Shown: positions 1-9,304 of the stretch, one piece after another
How positions within the stretch are numbered: position 1 is the stretch's first letter
Layout: every line of letters starts with the position of its first letter
Assembly (NCBI GenBank): GCA_045111335.1
Contig: JBGUGE010000076.1
Coordinates: 21,945-85,944 of the forward strand
Length of the DNA: 64,000 bases
Direction: 5' to 3'
Origin: Alphaproteobacteria bacterium
GTDB taxonomy: Bacteria > Pseudomonadota > Alphaproteobacteria > RF32 > CAG-239
Translations under genes and position numbers: made by a program
Notes under the pieces: model-generated
Database searches by the model: none
Told to the model about the DNA's origin: nothing
Seen by the model: the letters and a program-made list of their open reading frames with translations, nothing else

Positions 1-532
1 CGACAATGCGGATATGCGGCTGACGGAATTGGGATATCAAATCGGTTGTGTGGGCGCCGAAAGATATAGTGCATTTAAGCAAAAACGGGCGGCAATTGAA
101 AAATTTAATGCATATTGCGAGGCTGAGGTTGTCCCGTTTGCCGAAATTGAAAAACAGGGTTTGAGCGTAAAACATAACGGCAAAAAAACACTTAAAGATG
201 TGATGAGCTACCCGAATGTTTCACGTGAAACAATGGTAAAAATTGATTCTGAAATTAATAATGTTGCCGATGAGGTTTATGAGCAGGTTGAAATTGATGC
301 CAAATATGCCGGATATCTGAAGCGGGAATATGAGGATATTGCCGTATTCAAAAAGGATGAGAACCTGAAAATTCGCGACGATATCGATTATAATAAAATA
401 GGCGGCCTTTCTACCGAAATGGTGCAGCGCTTTTCAACCGTGCGCCCGAAAACCATCGGGGAGGCATCACGAATTACCGGTGTGACTCCGGCGGCAGTTA
501 CGGCTTTATTGGGGTATATAAAAAATGCGTAA
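1..532 (+). CDS. mnmG: tRNA uridine 5-carboxymethylaminomethyl modification enzyme MnmG (GidA), C-terminal part; 5' end lies outside the window
   Basis: The ORF runs off the left edge. It has a MnmG-type C-terminus (YAGYLKRE, IGEASRITGVTPAAVTALLGYIK) and the canonical mnmG-rsmG-parA-parB neighbourhood. Confidence 0.85.
   Translation, partial: DNADMRLTELGYQIGCVGAERYSAFKQKRAAIEKFNAYCEAEVVPFAEIEKQGLSVKHNGKKTLKDVMSYPNVSRETMVKIDSEINNVADEVYEQVEIDAKYAGYLKREYEDIAVFKKDENLKIRDDIDYNKIGGLSTEMVQRFSTVRPKTIGEASRITGVTPAAVTALLGYIKNA
217..232. promoter_or_regulatory. parS centromere-like site (perfect consensus palindrome)
   Basis: Exact 16-bp palindrome TGTTTCACGTGAAACA, embedded in mnmG codons N-V-S-R-E-T. 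parA-parB lie 2 kb downstream. Confidence 0.8.
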
Positions 533-1370
533 AGTTCAAAATTATTCTTATCATAATCATACGGACTTTTCTGACGGGTACGACACTTTGATCGCCATGG
601 TGCGTCGCGCCAAAGAAATAGGTTTTTGCGAGCTTGGCGTCAGTGACCACCTGATAGTTCATAAAAATATGCATCAAAGCCCGAGTTGGCCATACATGGA
701 ACAAAATCGCGCACCGCATGTTTATAACAGTGATTTTAAAAGCATTTTAGAAAAATATCAGCGCCACTGCGAGGATATTCGTCGGATTTCTCGCAAGGAA
801 AATTTCAGGCTGTTGGTCGGTTTTGAGGTTGATTATTTTCCGTATGACGGCTGGGAAGATGAATTTAAGTGGTTTGTGGCGCAATTGGATATTGACTACC
901 TGCATACCGGTAACCATTTTTACGGTACGGAAAACTATGAGCAGATTATAAATATGACACATTCAGCGCGCATTTGTACCGACAAGGGGCAAAATAAGGA
1001 ATTTTACGCACGGCATTTTCGGGCGATGGAACAAGCGGTAAATACGCGAATGTTTAAGTTTTTGGCTCATATTGATTATGTTCGCCGATTTGCTGACGAA
1101 AATTACGGTCCGGATAAATATTGGGATGAGAAAAATGCTGTTTTGGATGCTCTGCAAAATACCGGTACGGCATTGGAAGTCAGCACTAAAGGGCTGCGGC
1201 GAATAGGAGATTTTTATCCGGATTTCAGCATTTTACAAGCGGCGGCCGCTCGCAATCTGACGGTTGTTATCAGTGACGACGCTCACACGACAGCGGAACT
1301 CGGTGAGGATTTTGATAAGGCGGAAGATGTAATCGAAAAAGCCGGTATTACCAAACGGCTAAAATTTTAG
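525..1370 (+). CDS. PHP-domain phosphoesterase, HisJ-like histidinol-phosphatase family
   Basis: N-terminal YHNHTDFSDG motif and later H/D-rich motifs (GNHFY, LAHIDY, SDDAH) typical of PHP/HisJ proteins. The start overlaps the mnmG stop by 8 nt. Confidence 0.6.
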   Translation: MRKVQNYSYHNHTDFSDGYDTLIAMVRRAKEIGFCELGVSDHLIVHKNMHQSPSWPYMEQNRAPHVYNSDFKSILEKYQRHCEDIRRISRKENFRLLVGFEVDYFPYDGWEDEFKWFVAQLDIDYLHTGNHFYGTENYEQIINMTHSARICTDKGQNKEFYARHFRAMEQAVNTRMFKFLAHIDYVRRFADENYGPDKYWDEKNAVLDALQNTGTALEVSTKGLRRIGDFYPDFSILQAAAARNLTVVISDDAHTTAELGEDFDKAEDVIEKAGITKRLKF

Positions 1371-1388
1371 TTTAATAACCTACATATT

Positions 1389-2063
1389 TTGTTGCAAAAT
1401 AAAAAGAATCTTTCATACTATCCTTCAGAGGGTATGATGGATATAGATTTTGAATTGCAGAAATATGATGTTTCACGTGAAACAATCCAGAAAATGAAGG
1501 ATTTTGCGGAGCTTTTGCGCGACTGGAATACAAAAATGAATTTAGTCAGCAAAAACTCGATGGAGAATGTGTGGGAACGCCATATTTTTGACTCGTTGCA
1601 ACTTGCCGATTATTTGCCAAAGAATACCGAATATTTAGTGGATATAGGGAGTGGCGCCGGTTTCCCCGGGGTAGTGCTGGCTATCTATATGCAAGAGAAA
1701 ATTCCGGCGGCAAAAGTAACTCTCGTTGAAAGCATTACCAAAAAAACAGTGTATTTAAATGATGCTTGCTCAAAATTGGACTTAAAAAACGTAAAAATCG
1801 AAAATAATCGCGTCGAGAACATTGTATTTAAACATGTTGATGTGATTACGGCGCGGGCAGTGGCATCATTAGATGTGTTGTTCGGTTATGCGTCAAAAAT
1901 TGTCGGTAATGATACTAAGATGTTGTTCTTAAAAGGTCGGTCTTATACCGAAGAAGAAAATACGGCTAAGCAGAAATGGCGATATACGGCGATAACTCAT
2001 CCCAATAAATATGATGATAGCGGTGTGGTTATGGAAATACATAAGTTAAGGAAGGTCAAATGA
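1389..2063 (+). CDS. rsmG: 16S rRNA (guanine527-N7)-methyltransferase RsmG (GidB); start uncertain (TTG 1389, or ATG 1434/1437)
   Basis: DVSRET N-terminal motif, SAM-binding LVDIGSGAGFPGVVLAI, and position between mnmG and parA. Confidence 0.85.
   Translation: MLQNKKNLSYYPSEGMMDIDFELQKYDVSRETIQKMKDFAELLRDWNTKMNLVSKNSMENVWERHIFDSLQLADYLPKNTEYLVDIGSGAGFPGVVLAIYMQEKIPAAKVTLVESITKKTVYLNDACSKLDLKNVKIENNRVENIVFKHVDVITARAVASLDVLFGYASKIVGNDTKMLFLKGRSYTEEENTAKQKWRYTAITHPNKYDDSGVVMEIHKLRKVK
1469..1484. promoter_or_regulatory. parS centromere-like site (second perfect copy)
   Basis: Exact TGTTTCACGTGAAACA inside rsmG codons D-V-S-R-E-T. Confidence 0.8.
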
Positions 2064-2827
2064 AAATAATTTCTATTGCGAATCGCAAGGGCGGCGTAGG
2101 GAAGACCACCACCACAATCAATATCGCCACGGCGTTGTCGGCCATCAATAAAAAGGTGCTGGTTATCGATTTTGATCCGCAAGGCAACGCAACAACTTCT
2201 CTCGGAATTGCCAAAAAGAAAGGGCAATATTCTTCATACAGCGTGTTGGCCGGGCTTTGCGATGCGTCTGCGGCGATTGTGCATACAGATATTCCTAAAT
2301 TTGACCTTATGCCGTCCTCGCCGGACTTGGCGGCGGCAGAAATTGAGTTGGTGCAGGTTCCGAGCCGCGAATTTGTTTTGAAAAACGCTCTGCAGAAATT
2401 GCAACAGATATACGACTATGTGCTGATTGATTGCCCGCCGTCGCTGAATTTAATCACCATTAACGCGTTGGTGTGTTCGGATTCGGTGATTGTTCCGTTG
2501 CAATGCGAATTTTTGGCACTCGAGGGATTGGCTGATTTGATTAAAAATATCAACGCCATCAAACGCAATTTCAATCCGAATTTGAAATTGCAAGGAATTA
2601 TTCTGACAATGTTCAGCCGGCAGAATAACTTAAGTAAAATGATTGAAGCTGATGTGCGCAAATATTTCGGTGATAAGGTTTATACAACCGTTATTCCGCG
2701 CTGTGTACGTATTGCCGAGGCTCCGTCGTTCGGAAAGCCAATTTTGGTGTACGATTTTAAATGCACAGGCGCTCAGGCGTATATTCAACTGGCAAAAGAG
2801 TTTTTGAAACGTGAAAAGGAGATGTAG
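2060..2827 (+). CDS. parA: chromosome partitioning ATPase ParA
   Basis: Deviant Walker A NRKGGVGKTTT and full-length ParA/Soj-like sequence. ATGA overlap with the rsmG stop. Confidence 0.9.
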   Translation: MKIISIANRKGGVGKTTTTINIATALSAINKKVLVIDFDPQGNATTSLGIAKKKGQYSSYSVLAGLCDASAAIVHTDIPKFDLMPSSPDLAAAEIELVQVPSREFVLKNALQKLQQIYDYVLIDCPPSLNLITINALVCSDSVIVPLQCEFLALEGLADLIKNINAIKRNFNPNLKLQGIILTMFSRQNNLSKMIEADVRKYFGDKVYTTVIPRCVRIAEAPSFGKPILVYDFKCTGAQAYIQLAKEFLKREKEM

Positions 2828-3724
2828 ATGAACGCAAGCAATAAACGGCCGGTTATGGGTAGGGGATTAAGCGAGCTTTTGGGTGATGACGAGCTTGATT
2901 TTGATACCGGTAAAGATGTCGAAAGTTTTGTTAAGAACACTGTATTTAAAGATGCCGGTGCCGATGTTTTTGAAATTGAAACCACACGCATCAGTCCGTG
3001 TCCGTTCCAGCCGCGATTGAGCTTTGATGAAGCGTCGTTGTTGTCGCTCAGCGAATCGGTTAAAGAAAAAGGTGTATTGCAACCTTTGTTGGTGCGTCAA
3101 AAAGGTGAGCACTACGAAATTATTGCCGGAGAACGACGCTGGCGTGCAGCTCAAAAGGCAGGTCTGAAAACCGTTCCGGTAATTGTTAAGGATATCAATG
3201 ATCAGGAAGTTTTGGAAGTAGCGCTGATTGAAAATTTGCAGCGTGAAAATTTATCGCCGGTAGAGGAAGCCGAAGGCCTGAATCGACTGATGAAAGAATA
3301 TGAATATACGCAGGATACGTTGGGAAAAGTTATCGGTAAGTCGCGTAGCTATATTGCTAACAGTCTGCGTTTGTTGGTTTTGCCGGCCGAAATCAAAGAA
3401 ATGCTGAACGACGGCCGCCTGACTGCCGGCCATGCCCGTGCTTTGGTGGGTTTACCGAATGCCGTGGAAGTTGCCCGTAAAATCGTGCAAAAGGGACTTA
3501 ACGTGCGCCAGACCGAACAACTGATTGCCGATCTTAAGAATCCCAAGCAAAAACCGGAAAAATTAACCGACGGCGATTTATTGCAAATTATGGCTGACTT
3601 AGAACGTAAATTGAGTCTAAAAGTCAAAATTAATGCTGGTAAAAACGGAAAAGGTAGTGTAACATTAAAATATAATAATCCGGCGGAGCTCAGCTCTATT
3701 CTGGATATTTTGGAACAACGTTGA
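2828..3724 (+). CDS. parB: chromosome partitioning protein ParB
   Basis: ParB box GERRWRAA and an HTH region (SRSYIANSLRLL). The start abuts the parA stop. Confidence 0.9.
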   Translation: MNASNKRPVMGRGLSELLGDDELDFDTGKDVESFVKNTVFKDAGADVFEIETTRISPCPFQPRLSFDEASLLSLSESVKEKGVLQPLLVRQKGEHYEIIAGERRWRAAQKAGLKTVPVIVKDINDQEVLEVALIENLQRENLSPVEEAEGLNRLMKEYEYTQDTLGKVIGKSRSYIANSLRLLVLPAEIKEMLNDGRLTAGHARALVGLPNAVEVARKIVQKGLNVRQTEQLIADLKNPKQKPEKLTDGDLLQIMADLERKLSLKVKINAGKNGKGSVTLKYNNPAELSSILDILEQR

Positions 3725-3742
3725 TATATTAAGGAGAATAAA

Positions 3743-3988
3743 ATGCCTACAATCTTGGAAATGATGTTGGAAAACTGCAAAAAAGCCGGATATCACCCGA
3801 CGGCAAATATCGAAAAAATCGCTAAAGCTAAAAATATGATGTTTGGCGAGAGCGAATGGCGTCGTTGCCCGTGTGACGGCCAAAACGAAAAGAGATATTG
3901 TATTTCGGAATTGTGCCGCAGCGATATCGAGCGTGACGGAATTTGCCACTGTCGTTGCTATCAAAAATCCGGTACCGATAACCAATAA
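3743..3988 (+). CDS. small Cys-rich protein, possibly ferredoxin-thioredoxin-reductase catalytic-subunit-like
   Basis: Strong SD (AAGGAG) 8 nt upstream. It has a CPC...C-x4-C...CHC-x-C arrangement (RCPCDGQNEKRYCISELCRSDIERDGICHCRC). This recalls the FTR catalytic chain CPC/CHC motifs as I remember them. Confidence 0.4.
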   Translation: MPTILEMMLENCKKAGYHPTANIEKIAKAKNMMFGESEWRRCPCDGQNEKRYCISELCRSDIERDGICHCRCYQKSGTDNQ

Positions 3989-4016
3989 AGCTTCAAATGA
4001 GTAGCGGAATTTATGA

Positions 4017-7000
4017 ATGAGAAATCCCAAATTTATACATCTGCGGGTGCATACGGCGTATTCTTTGTCGCTTGGTGCCATACCGGTTCCGAAGCTCATT
4101 CATAAACTCCATGATTTAGATGTGCCGGCGTGTGCAATCACTGACCGCGGCAATCTTTTTGGCGGCAAGGCTTTTTCAAAGTACGCATCGGATGAGGGAA
4201 TTAAACCTATTTTAGGTTCGGAATTGAGCCTGCATAATGACGATTCCGAAAACTTGGCTCTGTCTAAAGGTCAGGAATTGGAGCCTAATCGCATCATTCT
4301 GCTGGTAAAAGACGAAAGCGGGTATGCTTCGTTGATGAAATTGTTTCGCCGCTACTACATCGACAATACTGAAAACAGTATTTATCCGCAAATAAAAATC
4401 TCTGATTTAAGACAGTTTAACGAAGGAATTATTTGCCTGACCGGCGGCTATGACGGACCTATCGGGAAGCTTATTTTACAAAATCGGGTTGCCGATGCCG
4501 AAGCCAAACTTTTGGAATTGAAGGAAATTTTCGGTGATCGATTGTATGTTGAAATTTCGCGCGTCGGTTATGATGAGGAAGAGACGACCGAGCCGGTATT
4601 TTTGGAATTGGCCTATAAACACAATATTCCGCTGGTGGCGACCAATGATATTTTCTTTTTTGACGAGGATATGTATGAGGCTCACGATGCATTGGTATGT
4701 ATTGCGGCCGGAGAGTATGTGGCAGACGATACGCGTCGCAAATATCTGCCGACAAACCGGTGGCGCAGCGAACAAGAAATGGTCGAATTATTCTCCGATA
4801 TTCCGGAAGCTGTTGAAAATACGGTAAAAATTGCCGAACGTTGTAACTATCTTTCTAAAAAAATTGACCCGCTACTACCGATATTTGTGTGTCCGGACGG
4901 CAAAACTCAGGATGAATTTATTACCGAAGAGGCTTATAAAGGCCTGCATGAGCGAATGGAAGCCCAAGTTTATACGCCTGAAACTACGTCGGAAGAGCGA
5001 TTGGCGATAGATGAGGAATATTATGCACGCTTGGAATATGAGTTAAGCGTGATTAAAAAAATGGGCTTTCCCGGCTATTTCTTAATCGTGTCGGATTTTA
5101 TTCGCTGGTCGAAAACACACGGTGTGCCTATCGGGCCGGGGCGCGGTTCGGGTGCCGGTTCGATTGTGGCGTGGGCGCTCAAAATTACCGATTTGGATCC
5201 GATCAGGCTGGATTTGTTGTTTGAACGTTTCTTAAATCCGGAACGCGTCAATATGCCGGATTTTGATGTGGACTTATGTCAGGAAAACCGCCACAAAACC
5301 ATTGAGTATGTACAGGAAAAATACGGTCATGAGAAGGTGGCGCAGATTATCACTTACGGCAAATTACAGTCTAAAGCGGTTATTCGCGATGTGGCGCGAG
5401 TGTTGCAAATGCCGTACAGTCAGGCCGATAAAATTTCTAAAATGATACCTCCGGGCAGCGGCGGCAAAAATCCGACCTTGCCGGAATCTTTGGAATTGGT
5501 GCCGGAGCTGCGTGAAATGCGCGATACCGACCCGCAGATCAATAAGCTGTTTGAAATTGCCATAAAACTCGAGGGGCTTTATCGTAACTCCGGTATGCAT
5601 GCAGCCGGTGTGGTAATCGGCGATCGTCCGTTGGATGAGTTGGTGCCGCTTTATAAAGATCCGCGTGCCGATATGCCGGTAACCCAATATGATATGAAAT
5701 TTGTGGAAGAAACCGGACTGATCAAGTTTGACTTTTTGGGTTTGAAAACACTTACGGTAATCGAGCGAGCGGTAGAATGGGTAAAGAAAATTCACGGTGT
5801 TGAGCTCAAAATGGCGGAAGTCCCGTTGGACGACGCCGAAACCTATAAAATTCTGCAAGATGGTAACACCAGTGCGGTTTTCCAATTTGAATCGGCCGGT
5901 ATGCGCGATGTGATGAAGCAGATTAAGCCGGACCGCTTTGAGGATTTAATTGCCGTGATTTCGCTTTATCGACCGGGACCGATGGCAAATATTCCGACGT
6001 TCATCAATCGCAAACACGGCCTTGAAAAAATAGAATATCTGCATCCTGATTTGGCGCCGATTTTGGATGAAACCTACGGGATTATGGTGTATCAGGAGCA
6101 GGTTATGAAAATTGCGCAGGTGCTCGGCGGTTATACTCTCGGCGGTGCCGATAAGTTGCGTAAAGTTATGGGTAAGAAAATGGTGGCGGAAATTCCGCAT
6201 CAGCGCGAAATGTTTATGGAAGGCGCCACTAAAAAAGGTATCAAACCGGAAATATCCGGTGCCATTTTTGACCAAATGGCCAAGTTTGCCGAATACGGAT
6301 TTAATAAATCACACGCTGCCGCCTATTCGCTGATTTCGTATCAAACCGCTTATCTGAAGGCGCATTATCCGGTGGAATTTATGTGCGCGGTGATGGATTT
6401 TGATATTACCAATACCGATAAAATTTCGTTTTATACTGATGAAGTGCGTAAAATGGGATTTAAGGTTTTACCGCCTGATATCAATCATTCCGATGCATTG
6501 TTTACGGTAGAAAACGGCAATATTCGCTTTGCGCTTGCCGGCGTAAAGGGGGTAGGCGAGGCTAACATGAATGCCATCGTTGAAGAACGCTCCAAGAACG
6601 GTGTATTTAAAAGTCTGTCGGACTTTATTCATCGCGTGGATATCAAGCAAATCAACCGCAAACAGTTAGAGCAGCTGATTAAGGCCGGAGCTTTTGATGC
6701 ACTTGAAAGTAATCGCGCCAAACTTTATAATAATATAGACAGTATCTTGCGGCATATTGCCTCGGCTTGTGAAACCAAAAACAGTGCTCAGACTTCGTTG
6801 TTCGGAACGCAGGAATTGGTAACGGATGTTAAGCTGGAAAGCGGCGGCGGGTGGTCGGATTTGGAACAGTTGCAGTATGAGGCGGAAGCGCTTGGTTTTT
6901 ATCTTTCGGCGCATCCTCTTGATGTTTATGCCGACAGTGTCGAACGATTGGGCATTAAAAAATTTACGGATGCGGTTAAAGGTATTAAAAACGGGGATAA

Positions 7001-7490
7001 AGTGTTGGTTAATTTGGCCGGATGCGTGCAGAATTTTCAAAAACGCACCGGAAAAACCGGTAAAGAATACGGCATTTTGCGTATGACCGATGCGTCTTCA
7101 GCGTTTGACGGCTTTGTGTTCGGCGACACGCTGTCCGCGGCCAAAGAAGCTGTAACACAGGGTGTACCGCTGTTTTTAGGAGCCAGAGTCGAAAAAAAGG
7201 ATGACGATACACCGCCACGGGTAATTTTTGATATTGTACGCACGCTTGATGAACAGATAACCGATAACTCTAAAGGACTGATTATTCGTATTAATGACGT
7301 TACGGCGGTACGGCCTGTCAGAGAAATGTTATCGCACGAACATTACGGTTCGTATAAAATATACATTGAACCGGAAATGCCGGATTGGGATGTTCGGATT
7401 CAACTTAAAAACAGCTATGCTCTGGATAACGGTAAGTTGATGACCAACATTCGCGCAATATCCGGTGTAACCTTAGTGAAGGAATTGTAA
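4017..7490 (+). CDS. dnaE: DNA polymerase III alpha subunit DnaE
   Basis: 1157 aa with an N-terminal PHP domain (FIHLRVHTAYSL), a GRGSGAGS motif, a PDFDVD catalytic motif, and full-length collinearity with DnaE. Confidence 0.95.
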   Translation: MRNPKFIHLRVHTAYSLSLGAIPVPKLIHKLHDLDVPACAITDRGNLFGGKAFSKYASDEGIKPILGSELSLHNDDSENLALSKGQELEPNRIILLVKDESGYASLMKLFRRYYIDNTENSIYPQIKISDLRQFNEGIICLTGGYDGPIGKLILQNRVADAEAKLLELKEIFGDRLYVEISRVGYDEEETTEPVFLELAYKHNIPLVATNDIFFFDEDMYEAHDALVCIAAGEYVADDTRRKYLPTNRWRSEQEMVELFSDIPEAVENTVKIAERCNYLSKKIDPLLPIFVCPDGKTQDEFITEEAYKGLHERMEAQVYTPETTSEERLAIDEEYYARLEYELSVIKKMGFPGYFLIVSDFIRWSKTHGVPIGPGRGSGAGSIVAWALKITDLDPIRLDLLFERFLNPERVNMPDFDVDLCQENRHKTIEYVQEKYGHEKVAQIITYGKLQSKAVIRDVARVLQMPYSQADKISKMIPPGSGGKNPTLPESLELVPELREMRDTDPQINKLFEIAIKLEGLYRNSGMHAAGVVIGDRPLDELVPLYKDPRADMPVTQYDMKFVEETGLIKFDFLGLKTLTVIERAVEWVKKIHGVELKMAEVPLDDAETYKILQDGNTSAVFQFESAGMRDVMKQIKPDRFEDLIAVISLYRPGPMANIPTFINRKHGLEKIEYLHPDLAPILDETYGIMVYQEQVMKIAQVLGGYTLGGADKLRKVMGKKMVAEIPHQREMFMEGATKKGIKPEISGAIFDQMAKFAEYGFNKSHAAAYSLISYQTAYLKAHYPVEFMCAVMDFDITNTDKISFYTDEVRKMGFKVLPPDINHSDALFTVENGNIRFALAGVKGVGEANMNAIVEERSKNGVFKSLSDFIHRVDIKQINRKQLEQLIKAGAFDALESNRAKLYNNIDSILRHIASACETKNSAQTSLFGTQELVTDVKLESGGGWSDLEQLQYEAEALGFYLSAHPLDVYADSVERLGIKKFTDAVKGIKNGDKVLVNLAGCVQNFQKRTGKTGKEYGILRMTDASSAFDGFVFGDTLSAAKEAVTQGVPLFLGARVEKKDDDTPPRVIFDIVRTLDEQITDNSKGLIIRINDVTAVRPVREMLSHEHYGSYKIYIEPEMPDWDVRIQLKNSYALDNGKLMTNIRAISGVTLVKEL

Positions 7491-7491
7491 A

Positions 7492-8454
7492 ATGAAACAA
7501 CAAAACAAATATACATTCTTCGGCGTATTGAATACATGGACACGGCAGTTAGTGCATATTGCCGCTCAATGGCGAATTTTTGCGGTTTATGCTGCGGTGA
7601 TTACGGTTATCAGTGCCCTGTTCGGTCGTTGGTCCTATGCTTGTCAGCACGGAATTTCAGGGTATTGGTGCCTGAGCCTGCCTGCCAATAAATACCTTAT
7701 TATTACATGCCTGGTCGTATTTTATGCTTTGTTGCTTTATCTTATCGGGGCTTTTATTACCGATTTACACAACAGTCTATTTAAAAACAGTGTATTTAAA
7801 CCCAAAGATGTTCTGGTTCTCAGCCGCCAGAAGATGGCTTCGGCACGCATGTTGTTGACGATAATGCTGCTTGCCGTTTCTTGCACGATGGCAGCCGTCT
7901 ATATTATCCGTCGGCCGGCGAATCCGGATTTCGGAATAGAGTTTTGCTGGTTTATCGCGGCATTTATGCTGATTTTGGTGCCGTTACTGATGGTGCGCTG
8001 TTCGGCGTGCTTTGCCTACTATCTCAACACCGGCCGTTTGCAGTTGCGCAAAGTTTTTGATTATACCGGAGGACGCTCATATATCAGCGTGATGTTATTT
8101 TTACTGTTGATGATAATTTTGCTGATGGTTAATCTGCATGCCATTGCTTTTTTCAATCGTATGATGCAAAATTACAATTATTTAGCTACGGCAGTGGTAA
8201 CGGATTTTGCCGATTGTCTGCTGAAATTGATTTGTTTGGCGATGATATTGGCGTTTTTTGATGCGCAATATATCCGTATGGAGGAAACTGCCGAATTACG
8301 CGAAACACCGGTCGTTGCCGCCAACGAAAATGATGATGAAAAAGAAGCGGATATTGCTCCCAAAATGACGGCAAAAGCAAGCAATAAAAAGAAAAACAAA
8401 CGCAAAGCTCAAAATTCGGAAACAAAAAAAGCAACAAGGAAGAAAAACAAGTGA
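7492..8454 (+). CDS. hypothetical polytopic membrane protein with Lys-rich C-terminal tail
   Basis: About 6 hydrophobic segments. The C-terminus is KASNKKKNKRKAQNSETKKATRKKNK. The ATG lies 1 nt after the dnaE stop, and the stop overlaps the next gene's GTG. Confidence 0.6.
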   Translation: MKQQNKYTFFGVLNTWTRQLVHIAAQWRIFAVYAAVITVISALFGRWSYACQHGISGYWCLSLPANKYLIITCLVVFYALLLYLIGAFITDLHNSLFKNSVFKPKDVLVLSRQKMASARMLLTIMLLAVSCTMAAVYIIRRPANPDFGIEFCWFIAAFMLILVPLLMVRCSACFAYYLNTGRLQLRKVFDYTGGRSYISVMLFLLLMIILLMVNLHAIAFFNRMMQNYNYLATAVVTDFADCLLKLICLAMILAFFDAQYIRMEETAELRETPVVAANENDDEKEADIAPKMTAKASNKKKNKRKAQNSETKKATRKKNK

Positions 8455-9191
8455 AATATCTGTATTTATGTTTATTGAGTCTGTTTTTGCTACCGGCAAC
8501 GGTTTATGCCGCAACGATTGTCGACGCTGAAACGGCTATTAAAGCAGAAGACGCAAATGCGCTTGAAAAAATGCTTGCCGACGGTTTGGATTTGCACGAG
8601 CACGACGCTCAAGGCAATTCGTTGTTCTATTTTGCGCTGGTAAACACCCATTCTGCCGATATATTGCGGCTTTTAGCCGACAACGGTGCCGATTTAAACG
8701 CGCCGGTACCGGCCACCGGGGAGACGCCGTTGCTGTACGCCGTAGCGGCAGCGGAAAGAATACAGGCCGAGGCAGCACAAGTTTTTACGGAAGAGTTGCG
8801 TCCGGAAAATCGTGCCGAAATGGAAGATGATTTTAAACAGGCCGCCGTTACCGAAATGAAACACGCCGCCAAAGTTGTACGTCTGTTGATAGAACTCGGA
8901 GCCGACGTTAATCAGGAGACTCCGGTCGGTACACCGTTGATGCGGGCGGCTACCAATCCGTGGAACAGCGAAATTGTGGGTATTTTGTTGGAGGCAGGTG
9001 CCGATGTCAATCAGCCGGATCAGAATGGTCGAACCGCTTTGTTTTATGCCGAGGCCTACGGTTGCGCGGATATTTCCATACAGCTTATTGCGGCCGGAGC
9101 CGATGTTTATTTTCGCGATTCTGACGGTAAAACTTACCTTGAAGTTGATAAAAAAGATTTGCTTCCCGCCGAAATTATCCACGATATGTAA
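8451..9191 (+). CDS. secreted/periplasmic ankyrin-repeat protein
   Basis: Signal-peptide-like N-terminus (LLSLFLLPATVYA/AT). At least 4 ankyrin-like units are present (GNSLFYFAL...LLADNGADLN, GETPLLYAV, LLIELGADVN, GRTALFYAE...LIAAGADV). Confidence 0.75.
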   Translation: MKYLYLCLLSLFLLPATVYAATIVDAETAIKAEDANALEKMLADGLDLHEHDAQGNSLFYFALVNTHSADILRLLADNGADLNAPVPATGETPLLYAVAAAERIQAEAAQVFTEELRPENRAEMEDDFKQAAVTEMKHAAKVVRLLIELGADVNQETPVGTPLMRAATNPWNSEIVGILLEAGADVNQPDQNGRTALFYAEAYGCADISIQLIAAGADVYFRDSDGKTYLEVDKKDLLPAEIIHDM

Positions 9192-9304
9192 AAATTTATC
9201 ACAAAGATAGTGAAAAGTAATTTTTTATGCTTTAGTATACAGGCAACCGGTCGGAGCAAGATGGTTTGCTTTGGCCACAGTTTAATTTTAAAAAGGAAGG
9301 AAAA

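Noticed and set aside
9266-9304. Upstream alternative starts in the ORF track: 9266 for hppA, 36321 TTG for greA, 11872 for the MarC-family gene, 44823 for rph, 45511 for rdgB, 49159 TTG for addA, 40138 GTG for atpF.
   Set aside because: In each case a downstream ATG has a proper SD at 5-9 nt and matches the expected family N-terminus. The upstream extension overlaps a terminator or the preceding gene.
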